Shown in pieces: positions 1 to 14,178 of a stretch of DNA of 64,000 nucleotides. This DNA comes from Mobula hypostoma. Lineage: Eukaryota. The notes under the pieces were generated by a model, which did not search any database, had not been told where the DNA came from, and saw only the letters and a program-made list of their open reading frames with translations. The DNA lies in assembly GCF_963921235.1 (NCBI RefSeq), contig NC_086108.1:67086001-67150000 (forward strand), read 5' to 3'. Position numbers and translations under genes: made by a program. Numbering within the stretch: position 1 is the stretch's first letter; each line of letters opens with the position of its first letter.

Positions 1-375
1 AATCCTAAATCTTATCAAAGGAGATAACTAAATGATAGTTGGTGCCGCTTAGCTGCCTCTTGATCTAGTCCAGTCGCTTCTTGAGTGAAATAATACAAGG
101 ATGTCAGGGGTTTAAAGTTTACAGAAATAATTTCAGTTAGTTTTATAGTTTGGGGTGGAGCAAACTACGGACAGCAAAATCACCTGTAAAACCTCATACT
201 TACTTTGCCCCAGTCAGTAACTTTTAATTCACTCTTTTGTGCAAGAAGCTATACGTCTGACTTTGAGAGTAATTTTGAAGACATAAGGATAAAAATGTAA
301 CTGCTACAGCAACAACCATTGATTAGAAGGGCGAGTAACAGCTGAAAGGGAGGTAACTATGAGGTAATTTTCATT

Positions 376-1869
376 GCAACACACACAAAAAGCTGGAAGC
401 AGCATCTATGGAAATAAATAAATACTGTAGTCGATGTTTCAGGCCGAGACCCTTCTTCAGGACTGGAAGGAAAGGGGGAAGACACCAGAATAAAAAGATA
501 GGATGAGGGGAAGGAGGTAGAAGAATATAGGTGAAGCCAGGTACATGGGCAAAGTGAAAGGCTGGAGAAGAAGGGGTCTGATAGGAGAGGAGAGTAGACC
601 CTGGGAGAAAGGGAAGGAGGAGGAGCACCAGGTGGAGGTGATAGGCAGATGAGGAGAAGAGGTAAAAGGCCAGAGTGGGGAACAGAAGAGGGAAGAGGGA
701 GGAAAATTTTTTACTGGTTGGAGAAATCAATGTTCATACCATCAGGTTGGAGACTGCCCAGATGGAATATGAGGTGTTGCTTCTCCACCCCGAGAGTGCC
801 TCATTGTGACAAAAGAGGTTACCATGGACATACATGTCAGAATGGGAATGTTGATAGGAATTAAAGTGGTTGGTTCCTGATAGACTTCCTCTTGTCCTCA
901 TCTACCACTCCATTACCCTCCACATTCAACATATCACTCTCCACAATTTCCGTCATCTTCAACAGGATCCAGCACCAATCACATCCTTACGTTCCTTCCC
1001 CCATCTCTCTGCTTTCTGCAGTGATTGCTCCCTCTGTGATTCCCTTGTCCATTTGTCCCTCCCCACTAACCTCCTCTGTGATTCCCTTGTCCATTTGTCC
1101 TTCCCCACTAATCTCCTTCCTGGTACATACTCCTGCAAGTGACCAAAATGCTACACCTGTCAATTTACCCCCCATTCAGTCCCAAACAGTCCTTCCAGGT
1201 GAGGCAACATTCCACCAGCGGATCTGTTGGGGTTGCCTACTGTATCTGGTGCTCCCGATGTAGCCTCCTCTACATTGGTGAAACCTAACGTAAATTGGGG
1301 GACATGCTTGTAAGCACCTCCACTCCATCTGTCAAGAGTGGAATTTCCCTGTGGTCAACCATTTTAATTTCTATCACCGTTCCCATTCTGACATTTTGGT
1401 CCATGGACTCCTATTTTGCCATGATGAGGCCACTCTCTGCACGGTGGGGCAACACTTCAGATTCCATCATCAATTTCTCCTTCCAGTAAAACTTTCCCTC
1501 CCCCTTTTCTTATATTCCCAACTATGGCCCCTTACCTCTTCCCCTCACCTGCCTATTATCTCCTGCTGGTGCCTCTCCTTTTCTTTCTCCAATGGTCCAC
1601 TCTCCTTTCCTATCAGATTCCTTCTTTTCCAGCTGTTTACATTTCCCACCCACCAGGCTTCACTTCTCATCTTCCAGCGAATCCTCTTTCCCTTCACCTA
1701 TCTTTTTTATTCTGGTGTCTTCCCCCTTCCTTTCCAGTCCCAACGAAGGGTCTCAACCTGAAACCTCGACTGTTTATTTATTTCCATAGATGCTGCCTGA
1801 CCTACTGAATTCCTCCAGCATTTTGCATGCGTTACTTGGATTTCCAGCATCTGTAAAATCTCTTGTGTT
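376..1869 (+). mobile_element. Old Penelope-like element fragment: inverted 5' arm (376-873, minus) joined to the plus-strand 3' half (GIY-YIG region and pLTR)
   Basis: ORF 870-1142 (DRLPLVLIYH..HIQHITLHNFRHLQQDP) resembles the young PLE at 23880-24000. Segment 376-873 is a reverse-complement copy of the 3' region. It ends in the tttccagcatctg tail. There is a 42-bp tandem duplication at about 1031-1114. Confidence 0.85.
428..465 (-). ncRNA. Minimal type I hammerhead ribozyme motif in a PLE pLTR
   Basis: The minus strand reads cagtc-CTGAAGA-agg.gtctcgg.cct-GAAA-ca-TC-gacta. Confidence 0.7.
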
Positions 1870-3581
1870 GTAGGCAACTAGCATTTTTTGAATCAAGTTG
1901 AGTTTACTTAAACGCTTTTAATTGATTAGATGGGTCCTTAGGGATTTTTAAATGTCCTGTTTAAATTTTTCATCATTTAAAAAGATATAATTGAAATTTA
2001 ATGGCTATTGAATTAGTAAAATAATTATCCAGAACTACTGTATGGATACCGCTATTATATACATTAAATTGGTGGTCTGCGATGCAATGATAGTTATTAC
2101 CAAAATCTAAATGTATGGGTTTTAATGCTGCAACACTCGTAATTAATTTTTATCACTCTCAATTTGTACCTTCTATTACTGTGATACTGATCAAATATTA
2201 ACTATGGCTGAATACACACGAGGTGGTGAACATTGGATTAGAAGCTGAGAAATCTGATTTTCCCTTCGTGTTTTGAAGTTTTGGCTAAGTATTTTTGACC
2301 TGCCTATAAGTTACCTAATTGATGCAGGGTCTCAACCCAAAACGTCAGCAATTCCTCGACTCCACAGATCCTGTTCGACCTTCTGTGTTTGTTCAGCAGT
2401 TTGTCTTTGCTCCAGATTCCAGCATCCACTATCTCGTGTCACCTGGATTGACGGGTTTCAGCAGCAAGCTGCAGAAAGAGGCAGGATCATCCCTCAGTCA
2501 GGGTGAGGTGCTGCTGTCTGTCCCCAGGCTCAAAATCCTCATTCTATGTGAGTGTGATCCCCATTCCTTGGGAGCCCGAATTCACATCAGAGAGTACCAA
2601 TCCCTTAGGGCTCAACATATGAATGCCCTGATTTGGGACAGCCTCAACATTCTTCCAAGACCCAAGTAATGTTGTGAAACAACGAGTGTCCCATAAACTT
2701 CTTGCAAGATCACAGACAATCTACAACACGTGGAAGACACTTGGCACATAGTGTCTATCCTTGTTGGAAAAGGATGATCCATTTGCCAGCATTGGGTTTG
2801 TAGCCCAGCAGGACACAGCTCTTCATGCTCTCACCCAAAACTTTTTAAATATGTTAATGGCTCCTGGCTCTATTACCCATTAGGACAGTGAATGCTAGAC
2901 TGCTACTGGTCTCTGGAGAGAATAGTTATTGTTATCTCCTTTCCAATCATTCTGCCAATTACTTACAAGCTTCTGTAAGGGACAATAGGTAATTCTATTT
3001 CCTGTATATAAGCCCTCATAATTTCGTACGCCGGTGAAGTCTTCCTACAACACCCTCTGATCCAAAGAAAACAATCCCAGTCTATGCAATCTCTCTTCTT
3101 AGTTAAAATTTTCCAGTTCTGATGGCTTCCAAGGACATTTACACGGCACCCTCTCCAGTGCAAGCACATCATTCATACGTAAACTATTGTGTTCTCATGG
3201 CCTGGAATCTTGACCTTTCTTTGTGAGAACTGCAGAACTGGTTAAATTAGTGACTGCCTATTTCATAAAGAGACCTAAACAGCCAGACCTGTACAAGGTA
3301 ATGATCTGGTTATCCTGACCTTGTACCACCCCTATCTTACATGGAAATAGGTCTGTTGGAGACCAATGCCCATTGGATTTGGATTGGTGTCTGATTTAAC
3401 TCTCTCCTCTTATGTTCTCTAATGATACAAGAAACCATTTGGTCTATTGAGGCTATACCAGCACTCAGAACAGACACATCAGACCTATTCCTCCATTTGT
3501 TTCCTTATGCTCTTTCTCTCTTATTTGCCCATTATGTATCTCCAATTCTCCCTCCAACCACCTGAGGAGTAGATTACAGCT

Positions 3582-3777
3582 CAAACACGAGGAATTCTGC
3601 AGATGCTGGAAATTCAAGCAACACATGACTTTCAAATCTCGTACTAGCTCTTCCTTCAGTTAGTCCTGACGAAGGGTCTCGGCCTGAAACATCGACTGTA
3701 CCTCTTCCTAGAGATGCTTCCTAGAGATGCTGCCTGGCCTGCTGCGTTCACCAGCAACTTTGATGTGTGTTGCTTGA
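3582..3777 (-). mobile_element. Miniature PLE insertion (3' end plus inverted pLTR arm) with 15-bp TSD
   Basis: TSD gagtagattacagct at 3567-3581 and 3776-3790. 3582-3626 is the reverse-complement PLE 3' end. 3627-3777 is a plus-strand pLTR closely matching 24760-24899. Confidence 0.9.
3661..3698 (+). ncRNA. Minimal type I hammerhead ribozyme motif
   Basis: Reads tagtc-CTGACGA-agg.gtctcgg.cct-GAAA-ca-TC-gactg. The core is intact; stem III reads ACAU instead of ACGU. Confidence 0.8.
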
Positions 3778-5117
3778 GTAGATTACAGCTAATCACTTTA
3801 CCCAACAACCATCAGATCCCAAACACAATCAACCATGTAAAACTTCCCTTCATAATATTTGATCAAGAAATGTCATTGTTGTCAAACTATTGCAAGAAGT
3901 AGCAGGTATAACAACAAAGGTGGCCTCAGTCAATACCTCAGGCTCTTATCCACCACTACCCAAGATATTCATTTGCTACATTCTTATTTGAAGGATGAGG
4001 TAGGTGTAGGACAGGTGAGTTTATGTATCTGGTGCTCCTTAAAGACAGCTGCACCATTTAAATGGAAGTTCCAGTTTGAGTACTGCCACCAGATAAACAC
4101 CTGTAAGGAGTGGAATAGCTTCAGCATCTGCAAATTGTGGCCCCAGAAACCATCAGCCCTTTCGAGACTGGAGGAGAGAGATCAAATCCACACCACAAGA
4201 GACTACAATTTCATCATTCTGACTTTGGGGTCATTGGTGTCCAAAGCTTCCTGGGTACCATGTTGCAGATCTTCTTTGATCTTGCACTGACCTATATGTG
4301 CTAAGACACTTTCAGGAAAATGAGTTCATCTCTATAAAAGATGCATCTTTATCAATAATGAACGGGATAATTGGCAAGAAGAGGATCATATTCAGTAGTG
4401 ATGTTATCATTTCAAGGCTTATAATGGTGGAACAGCCACCAGACGTGTACCTTAAATTAGCACCTTTCTGCTTAAAAAAAAATGGAGAGACCAGTAAAAC
4501 CACTCTATCATATATTTTTGGATACTTAAGGCAGTGTCTGTGTTTTTTTTATTCATTTAAAAGCATAGATTTTTCTAATGGGAATCCTTCATGCTTTAGC
4601 TAAAGCAAACGAATCCCAAGGAGGATAAAACTTAAAATATACTCTTGCCAATCACAATATTGTATATTAACAAGTTTAATGTTGTTTGAGTTCCTTTCAT
4701 CCTACCATTTCCTGAGCAGTTTAATCTTCTCATGCATAAAAGAGCATGTTTTGATTGTTATGACCTTCATTACTGTTGATTTATGATAACGGAAATGAAA
4801 CCAGTTAGAAGTCCTAAGGGTGGCAAAGTTAATAATGATGATGTTTATCTAGTTAAATTGATTGGGAAAGGGGAGATGGTGAAGGTGATTCTGAATGCCT
4901 GATACTATTTATATAATTTATGGCTCTTCTGCTTCACATTCTCCTGAATCTGCAATTTTCTCTTTCATGCTTCACTTAGACTGGCAGTTGGAACCCAAGG
5001 CAGACAGAATTCTTCCATGTCATTTTGATTCCAAGTAAATTGTATCAAGCAAAGGATAAAGTGAAAACAAATAGCTCTTAATTGCTTAACTCTCAAAAAG
5101 AAGGCAAAATTGACTGC

Positions 5118-6389
5118 AGACTAGACTGAACTCCTGCTCAGCAAGGACCTGGACCCATTGCAATTTGCCTGTCACCACAATAGGTCAATGGCAGATGCAA
5201 TCTCAATGGCTCTTCACATGGTTTTAGACCACCTGGACAACACAAATACCTATGTCAGGATGCTGTTCATCGACAATAGCTCAGCTTTTAATACCATCAT
5301 TCCCACAATCCTGATTGAGAAGTTACAGAACCTGGGCCTCTGTACCTCCCTCTGAAATTGGATCCTTGACTCCCTAACTGGAAGACCACAATCTGTGCGG
5401 ATTGGTGATAACATATCCTCCTCATTGACGATCAACACTGGTGCACCTCAGGAGTGTGTGCTTAGCCCGCTGCTCTACTCTCTCAATACCCATGACTGTG
5501 TGGCTAGGCATAGCTCAAATACCATCTATAAATATGCTGATGATAGAACCATTGTTGGTGGACTCCAAGATGGTGATGAGAGGGCGATCAGGAGCGAGAT
5601 ATGCCAACTAGTGAAGAGGTGTCACAGCAACAACCTGGCACTCAGTGTCAGTAAGACGAAAGAGCTGATTGTGGACTTCAGGAAAGGTTAGATGAAGGAA
5701 CACGTACCAATCCTCACAGATCTCAGAGGACCTAACCTGGTCCCAACATATTGATGTGGTTATAAAGAAAGTACAGCAGTGACTATACTTCATTAGGAGT
5801 TTGAAGAGATTTGGTATGTCAACAAATACACTCAAAAACTTCTACAGACGTACCATGGAGACCATTCTGACAGATTGCATCACTGTCTGGTATGGGGGCT
5901 ACTGCACAGGACCTGAAGAAGCTGCAGAAGGATGTAAATTTAATCAGCTCCATCTTGGGTACTAGCCTACAAAGTACCCAGGACGTCTTCAAAGAGCGGT
6001 GTCTCAGAAAGGCAGCGTCCATTATTAAGGACTGCCAGCACCCAGGGCATGCCCTCTTCTCACTGTTACCATCAGGTAGGATGTTCAGAAGCCTGAAGAC
6101 ACACACTCAGCGATTCAAGAACAGCTTCTTCCCCTCTGTCATCCGATTCCTAAATGGACATTGAACCCTTGAACACTACCTCACTTTTTAAATATATATT
6201 ATTTCTGTTTTTTCCCTGATTTTGAATCTATTCTATATATATATATATATACTGTAATTGCTTGCTTTATTTATTTATTATTATTATTATTTTCCTCTAT
6301 ATTATGTATTGCATTGAACTACTGCTGCTGTTAAAAAATTTCACGACACATGCCGGTGATAATAAACCTGATTCTGATTCTGATTCTGA
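5118..6389 (+). mobile_element. Rex1/Babar-type LINE, 5'-truncated and decayed
   Basis: RT fragments [42 protein letters not shown] and HPGHALFSLLPSGR. Ends in aataaa followed by a (GATTCT)n tail. Confidence 0.9.
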
Positions 6390-8094
6390 GATACTGAATC
6401 TGGAACCAAAAAAAAAGCGCTGTTGCACGAGCTCAACATATCAGGCAGCATTAATAGTTTTGATCAAAACCCTTCATCTGGACTGATAGAGGGGAGATGG
6501 CTAGTATAAAGAAGTGAAGGGTAGGATGGAGCAAGTGCAGGGAAATGATTGGTGGATCCAGGTGAGGAAGGGTTGCTTGGCAGATGGAGTTGGATGGGCA
6601 CGTGAAGGGCAGAGGTAGTGACACAGACTGGGAAGGTAATGAGTGAACAAAAGGCTGGAGATATGGAGTCCCATGTGACTACTATCCCTCCATTATTTGG
6701 TTCCACCCTTCCCTTACTTTTTGTCAGATTCTATAGCCTGCAGCCATTTGTTGTTTCCACTTATCACTTCTGTTCTGCCCTTAGAGGCACTGCTAAGTTT
6801 GCTAGTCAGGGGTTAAAGCTGAAAAGGGAAGTAGCAGGTTTGTCCCTAGTCTGTTCTGAGTGACCTGCTCACATTTGGCTCAACAAGTGATCTTAGAAAT
6901 ATGAAGATGATTGCCAGAAATGATGTCCCATTCTGATAGCAGCATCTGTGTGGATTTCAAACAAAGATAGTGTTGGTTCCGTCTGCAATGGTATAACTAA
7001 TGTGATCTCAGTTCAGATGTTTATATACATATAACATATGTATATTACTTATAATCTTTATTCCTATACATTTCCACCCCAACAAACCACCACCACTCTT
7101 TCCTCAATACCATACATCCCTAGTTTGCTATGATATACACAAATACCATTTCACCACAGCATCCATCACTGAAGATTTGCTGCTCGTGCTCATTCTCTTC
7201 ATTCCTCTTAGTACTTACACTCCTCGGATAAGCAAAGACCTGATCAAAAAACTGAATTCCAATCTAACCAACTACTTCCCATTTTCTTTAACTATGTGTA
7301 ATTTCCTCTCCAAGAGCAACATTGAAATATAAATTCTTTATTCAAGCACAATATTTTCCACATTAAACCACCTTTCCCTGAATTAAAAATAAAATTGATT
7401 TTGTTCACGTTTTTAAGATTTTTCTGTGGTAAAACCATTGACAAAGTCCACTTTTCAGTGTTTTTCACAGTTTCTGATGTGCACTTTAGTCCATTTGCCT
7501 GTTATTTCTTAATATCGCATTTTCTCTATTCCAACTTTTACCTCTGTACTTATGGAACTCTTTTCCATAAGTTCTGAGTCATATTTTGGCCCCTAGTTCT
7601 CTGAACTTGTTCTTTTGAGTTTAACCTTGTTCATAAATATAGACTTGCCAACCTCTAATTCATAGTTTGTGCTGGTTGTTCCAGTTATGGAAAACTCATT
7701 TTCAATTACCAGATCTAAATGCACTTCACATGTTGTAAAGCTTTGTATAGGTTTAAGCAGAACGTACTTGGCATTGAGTTAACTTTGAAATGGTTGCAAA
7801 CTCACATTGTTATTTTTACTATAATATTGGAACCAATTGTACTAACAGTCACAACGCAAGATTGCAACCATCTTTCTCCAATAGCTTGAGGCAGGCGTAT
7901 TCACAGTGTTAGCTAATAAATCACTAACCAATCAGGCTCATTGGTGCAAGAAGGAAAGGGTTATCGTCAAAAGAATAGCCTTTGGCTACAGAATTATAAC
8001 AATAAGTTGCTAACTCAAGTGAAGAACTGGTAGTTGTAATTTAATACTGAAAAAAAATGTGAGCTTATACACTTTGGCATGGTCATTAAGCCCA

Positions 8095-8800
8095 GGACAT
8101 ACACAGTGAATGACAGGAGTCTAGGAGGTATTGAGGAACAGAGATCCACGGATCTGAAAAGGCTTCAGCACAAGCAATAAGATGTATATGATCTATAAGA
8201 TCAATAAGGTTGATCAAACAACTGGATACCTGCCTTAATAAGCCAGGTTATGGAATAAAGAGCGGGCAGGTTACAGTACAACTTTCTGAAATGTTGTTAG
8301 CCCAAGGCTGAAAAATAGTGTGCAGTTCTGGTTGCCATACATGAGGTAGGACAATTACATTGGAGATAATGTAGAAGAGGTTCACCAGAATGGACGACTT
8401 CAGCTATGAAGAAAGAATGAATGGGTTTGTTTGCTTTGTTGGAGCAGAGAAGGCTGGAGGGGGAACTGATAGATGTACATATATATCTGAAGGATAAAGA
8501 TGCAATAGGTAACGAAAAACTCTTCTCTTAAGTTTATAGCAAGGCGTTTAAGGTGAGTAGGTATAAATCTTTTATAAAATAATTTATTCACTCAGAGGTT
8601 GATTAAAATCTGGAAAACTGTGCTGAGTGGGTGATGGGGACAAGTGATTTATAATGTTTAAATATTCATACAAGCACTTGAAATGCCATTTTGTAGGTAG
8701 TTATGGGGCAAGTGCTGAAAATTGGAAATAGCAGAAATAGGTACATGATGGTAAATCTTAAATGCAATGACCAAGTACAAAACTATGCAGATAGCTAACG
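8095..8800 (+). mobile_element. Highly decayed CR1 LINE 3' fragment
   Basis: Recognisable CR1 3' motifs (gtgtgcagttctggttgcca, agaggttcaccagaatg, ttcactcagaggtt). Confidence 0.65.
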
Positions 8801-9734
8801 AGAAGTTAATCTGCACTGTGGCTTGATAATCTCCGCTAATTACCCCCTTAATGGATATTTCATTTCTCAAGACTTTTACCATCTAAATTATAAATTCAGC
8901 ATTTGTTGTACATTTATGCTGACAAATTCCATTTCTATCTTTTTATTACCTCTCTCAATCCCTCCAGAGTCCATTAAGTTGTCTGATTGTTCATTAGCAT
9001 ACAGTCCTCACCTGTATCTCCTCCTCCTGAAGTCAATAATCTTTGTCTTGCTGACACTGAGTAAAAGGTTGCCGTAGTGCACAACTTTACTGTAGGTTTC
9101 AAAGTAATTATGATGAATCAAGCTCATCTTATAAAGCCCATCTTTATTATAGAACCAATCCCCCATAAACTGAGAATCACCACTCAAAGTCAGGTCTACG
9201 ATGAGCAAATTGATCTCAAACAGATCAGACTGCAAATGTGGAGTTAATCTTTCAGATCAGTCATCTTTGAAGAGTGCACAGGTCATTGACTCAACACAGT
9301 AACTAATTCTCGGGGAAACAAGAGCCGGCGGATGCTGGAATATAGATCCAAAGACAGACCGTGTCTTGGGTGCTGATTGCATGTAACAGTCTGTCTAAAA
9401 ATTCAGATCGCCATTTTTCTTTCAAGCCCAACCAGTGTAGCATATGTAAATAGAACTGATTAATGAAAATCCATATCATACTGGAGATACGAGAAAACAG
9501 AAATAAACTAAATACAGAAACTGCTGAAAAAAACTTAGCAGACCAGACAGCATCTGAAAAGAAGTATTGTTTCAGAACTGGGAAAGAGAAAGAAAAAAAT
9601 TAGTTTTGGATAACAGAGAGGGCGGCAGGGAATGGTTGTAGGTGGATCAGAAGGAATATCTCTGAGAGGGCAATTCTATAATGTGGCAGTTCAAGTCAGA
9701 TCCTTTTTGTGTAATATGTTGTTTACACTTAGTT

Positions 9735-10174
9735 TCGTGTCAAAGTGAAAACAAATTTCTACAAATTGGTCTAAATTTATTTTGTCCTCTTTTTATACTC
9801 TTTTGTCTTCATAGTGTAGTTTTTGCTGCAGCAGTTGAACCCTCCAGATACAGGTGTATTTTTACTACAATCAATTGAAACACCTTGACTGCACGCGGGT
9901 GATCTCCATTTAACTAATTATGTGACTACTAAAACCAATTGGCTGCACCAGTGGCATACTATAGGGAGAGAATAGTTATGCAATCTATTATTTTGTGTTT
10001 TATATTTGTAATTAATTTAGATCACTTTGTAGGGATCTGTTTTCACTTTGGCTTGATAAAGTCTTTTGCTGTTGATGTGTCAAAATAGCCAAATTAAACC
10101 CATTGTGATTCAATGTTGTAAAACAATAAAACATGAAAACTTCCGAAGAGGATGAATACTTTTTATAGGCACTG
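9735..10174 (-). mobile_element. Tc1 remnant of the same family as 38213-39820 (terminal region, inverted)
   Basis: 9850-10174 resembles the reverse complement of 38213-38560. It ends ...ttttataggcactg|TA at 10174/10175-76. Confidence 0.85.
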
Positions 10175-10384
10175 TATATTGAGTAGCAGTTTTCAAATAC
10201 CTCCTTTAGTAGTATAATTTCATTTATTTCAATTCTATTATGATTATCTGCCTTCAAATTGTATTATTACCCACAATGTTCATAATCACAACAATTTGCC
10301 AATATTCATCACATCACAGATTCTAATTTGTGACTGAATTTAATGAGGTTGCTATCAGGTCTTGTTGGTTTGGTCCTCAGAAGA

Positions 10385-10858
10385 ATGAATTTTGAGAATA
10401 AAAGAATTAATGTATGAGGAATGTTTGATGGCTCTGGGCCCGTAGTCGCTGGAGTTTAGGAGAATGAGTGGGGATCTCATTCAAACCTATCGATTATTGA
10501 AAGGCCTAGATAGAGTGGATGTGGAGAGGATGTTTCTTATAGTGGTTGAGACTAGGACAAGAGGGCACAGCCTCAGAATAGAGGGAAATCCATTTAGAAT
10601 GGAGATGATTTATTTCTTTAGCTGGAGGGTAGTGAATCTATGGAACTCATAGCCAAATATGGCAGTACCGGCAAAGTCACTGTGTATATTTAAAACAGAG
10701 CTTGAAGGTTCTTGATTATACAGGGTGTCAAAGGTTATGGGGAGAAGGCAGAAAATGTGGTTGAGAGGGATAGTACTGTAAATCAGCCATGACAGAATGC
10801 CAGAGCAGACTCAATGGGCCGAGTGGCCTAATTCTGCTCCTGCATCTTATGTCTTATA
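10385..10858 (+). mobile_element. CR1 LINE 3' fragment
   Basis: Peptide MSGDLIQTYRLLKGLDRVDVERMF..RGHSLRI..FFSWRVVNLWNS. 3' end tctgctcctgcatcttatgtctta. Confidence 0.85.
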
Positions 10859-13569
10859 ACAAGCAGATGTTGCTAGCTATTGCTCCCAATACATTGTTCA
10901 CAATGAAGTGGAAAAATATTGATCTCCTAGAAGCAGGATTTGCAATGGTTGGAGAGTGACTATGAAGCTGCTCGTGAAGCAGTAGCCAAAATGTCATTGC
11001 CTTTCCAGAGTGATTAGGAAAAAGAGAAGTAAGAAACTTTTGAATGGGAACCAGCCTTTGATATTGTGAAGATCGCTGTAAGGTGGATGGTCATAAAGGA
11101 AGGCTAACACCCCTTAGGGCAATGATTGAATAGTTTTCCTCAGTCTGCTTACAGAATCCACTGGAATTTGCCACTGATAGTTATTGAGCTTCTCCTCCAT
11201 GATAGAATTCAGAAAAGCAGGGGCGCTGTACACACTTGGCATTTTCAGCTGTGGTGATGTATAGTATCAATCAGAACAGCCATTGGTTAACTGAGGTAAA
11301 GGGTAAAGGTTATTTAAAGATCAAGCACTCAGACCTGGCACTAAACTCATGGTCTACAGTGCAATAATAATCCCTTCTTTTGTACTTGCATCTGAGACCT
11401 GGGGTCAATGTGGAAGACAACTCAAGGCACTGGAATGATACCATAAACACTGGTTCTGCAAAATCCTCCATATTAACTCAAATGATAACTGAACCAATGT
11501 CCTCACCTAGGCCCACAACCAACACTGAGGCCTCTGTTACACTCCTGTAACTGCACTGGGCATTTTCACTCTTGATCATAATGCAGAAACTGCCAAAAGC
11601 AAAGCAACTGGTATTCCATGACAAAAGGCATAAGACAATGAGTATAAAGTGAGGAAATACAGAGGAAATATGCCATCAATGAGGTAAATCAGGAAGCAAA
11701 TTTTCACAAAAAAGTGAGTAGAAATCTGGAACTTGCACAGGGTGTGTGAATGTTGGGTCAATTGACATTTGAGGACTTAGGTTAATAAAACATTAAATAA
11801 AAGATTGCAGGAGATGTAGGTTAAAAGTAGATAAGTGGAGTTGAAATACAAGTTAGCTATTATCTAAACAAATAAGACTGCTGCATGCATTAATGCATTC
11901 TCTGCTCAGTGTTCCAATGAACCATGAAAAACTTGGCGTGGGAATCTAATGTACAGTATTATATACAGACTTGTCATACCTGGGGGGTCCTTCGCTTTGT
12001 GCCTGCACATTAGTTACTTAAAGTAAGCATCATTAAACAAAATCTAAAGGCATCTACCTTAAATATTGGACAGTGGACATTTCCTGTACCATTTATCTGG
12101 GTAAGTGTGAGTGCTCTATCATTACAAAATATAAACTGTTTACATATCTGTTCATTTACTGTTTGTTCTTCAGCCAGCATTTCCAAGTGTGTATCATAGT
12201 ACAGTGATATGGAAGTCAAGTTAAACCAAGTCAAGTTTACTGTTATTCGCACAAGAGCAATGAAAAGTTCCCTTGCAGCAGCATCAAAGGCAAATACAAG
12301 CAGATTTCACAAGAAAAACATACACATAAATTACATACAACTTCTGCAAAAAAAACACAATTAAAACAAAAAATAGTATGTTTTAGTGCAAAGTGCAGCT
12401 GCCCTCCTACTCCTGTGCTAGATTCTGCACCGAGCCTAAGGCAGAGATCAGCCATGCTGAATGCAAGGCTGCATTTAGTTTGTACTTGGTACCTTTGCTT
12501 TACAACGGTTCTGTCAGGCATTAATACTGTGTTTCAATCGTTGGACTGGGTTTGCTGACTTCAATGGAAAGGTTGAGTGAAGAGAAGTGTTTTTCTTTCA
12601 CATTACTAAATTTACCTAATTCAAATGGATTAAATGTTTGTAAATAAGCATATTTTTAAAATAAATTATGATGTTTACTTTTTTTTATTGTTTTCAGTTA
12701 TTTTCTGAGTGCCTGATTATGAGAGACATTTAGAAACAGTTTAAAATGACCATCAGCTTGTTTTAAGGGAAGAGCCTCAGTCCTGACATAGTGAACATTC
12801 ACACACGTCACTACGTTGCAGGATGGCCACTACAATGAGTTCTACTGATCAAATGGACTCACAGAACCACAGAAGATCTGTGTGGCTTCAAGGACCACAT
12901 GGAAATGGATGTACATGAAGCATGGGTCTTGTTAAATACAACATGCCCTTTTCTGCCAGTTCATTGAGAGTTTCCAGTTACCATGTACCTGGTATCAATA
13001 AACAAGGATAATCTTGTTGATAAATTCTTGGCCACCAATAGAAGACACTTGGATTGCAATAATTTCTAATTCAAGCCATATTGTTAGAAGTACTCGCATA
13101 CAGTTTCAAAATGTTTGTTTTGAAATGCGGTAAAAGGCTGAGAATGGAGCATTTCATTAAATTTATTGATACATTTAATAAAAGTGCACATTGCTTCCTT
13201 GAATACAAACAAAAGCGAATAAAGAGCAAATTCTTGCAGTGTTCAAATATATGGATTTTATTTTTTGTTGAAACTCTTTCTGATCTACACAGCTATATTT
13301 TTCTCAGCAGGTATTACCTTAGAAGTCATTGGTAAATTATTGATTTCTTTTTCATGCTTTAAGTATTGGAATTTTAAATTATAATTATCATTTCAAATAA
13401 TAGTATTCTTGGAAAAATAGACTTTTGCACTGTTCAAGCCAAGTTTTAAATCTAGGTTCGAATCATTTCTGATGAAGAGCCTTCAACTTGAAACATTAAC
13501 TCTGTTTCTCTCTCCAGAGACACTGTTTAACCTGCTAAGTATTTCTTGTTTTCTGTTTTTATTTTATTT

Positions 13570-13960
13570 TATTTATTTACCAGCCTATCAGAATGTTGTA
13601 CCATTTTCAATCCTGCAGAATACTTTTGAAGTGCAGTCAATAACTGCACTTTGGAAGTGCAGTCAATGTAGCAGTGCAGGACTATACAACAACTATATTG
13701 TCTTCACCACCAGCAACAAGAAGATGATATGTTTTATTGTTACTGATTGAGGGAAGAACATTGGCCAGGATACTGGAATAATGTGCATTTTCTTCTTTCA
13801 AATATTGCAAAACTATCTGTTGTGGGGGAGGCTGAAGTGGGTTTTACTTTTGCCTCTCATACAAAAGGCAACGCAACATGGAGTCATACTTTTCTGGTGT
13901 GGATTGAACCAAAAACCTCTCCTCAGTCAGAGGCAAGAGTGCAAAATGTTAACCACTGAT
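13570..13960 (-). mobile_element. Old SINE, probably Deu-domain (SacSINE/AmnSINE-like)
   Basis: Decayed motifs recognised by eye (tgattgagggaagaacattggccagga; ggattgaacc...aggcaagagtgc as an inverted tRNA-like head). Confidence 0.45.
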
Positions 13961-14123
13961 TGAATCGTTGAGTGTTTATTTTCTGTGCAACACAGGAAGG
14001 ACTGCAGCTTATAAATGGAGTAGAATTACTTCAGGAGGTTACAGACATGACAGCCAGAGAAATGCAATTGTTCTGGTTCTGGCTAACTACCTTTGTTTTC
14101 ACAAATTTATTAATCTTTTACAG

Positions 14124-14178
14124 AGAATACAACATCAATTCCTTATGTCTTGCTTACTTTGAGGAAAAATGATGAAAT
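14124..14178 (+). other. Candidate 55-bp spliced exon, product unknown
   Basis: Pyrimidine-rich acceptor (ttttcacaaatttattaatcttttacAG) and donor GTAAGT. One frame is open (xNTTSIPYVLLTLRKNDEx). I recognise no homology. Confidence 0.25.

Noticed and set aside
361..1876. Possible TSD around the old inverted PLE (aggtaattttcatt / aggcaactagcatt)
   Set aside because: Too many mismatches to call.
4298..4603. Overlapping ORFs in unique sequence
   Set aside because: No motifs and no consistent exon structure.
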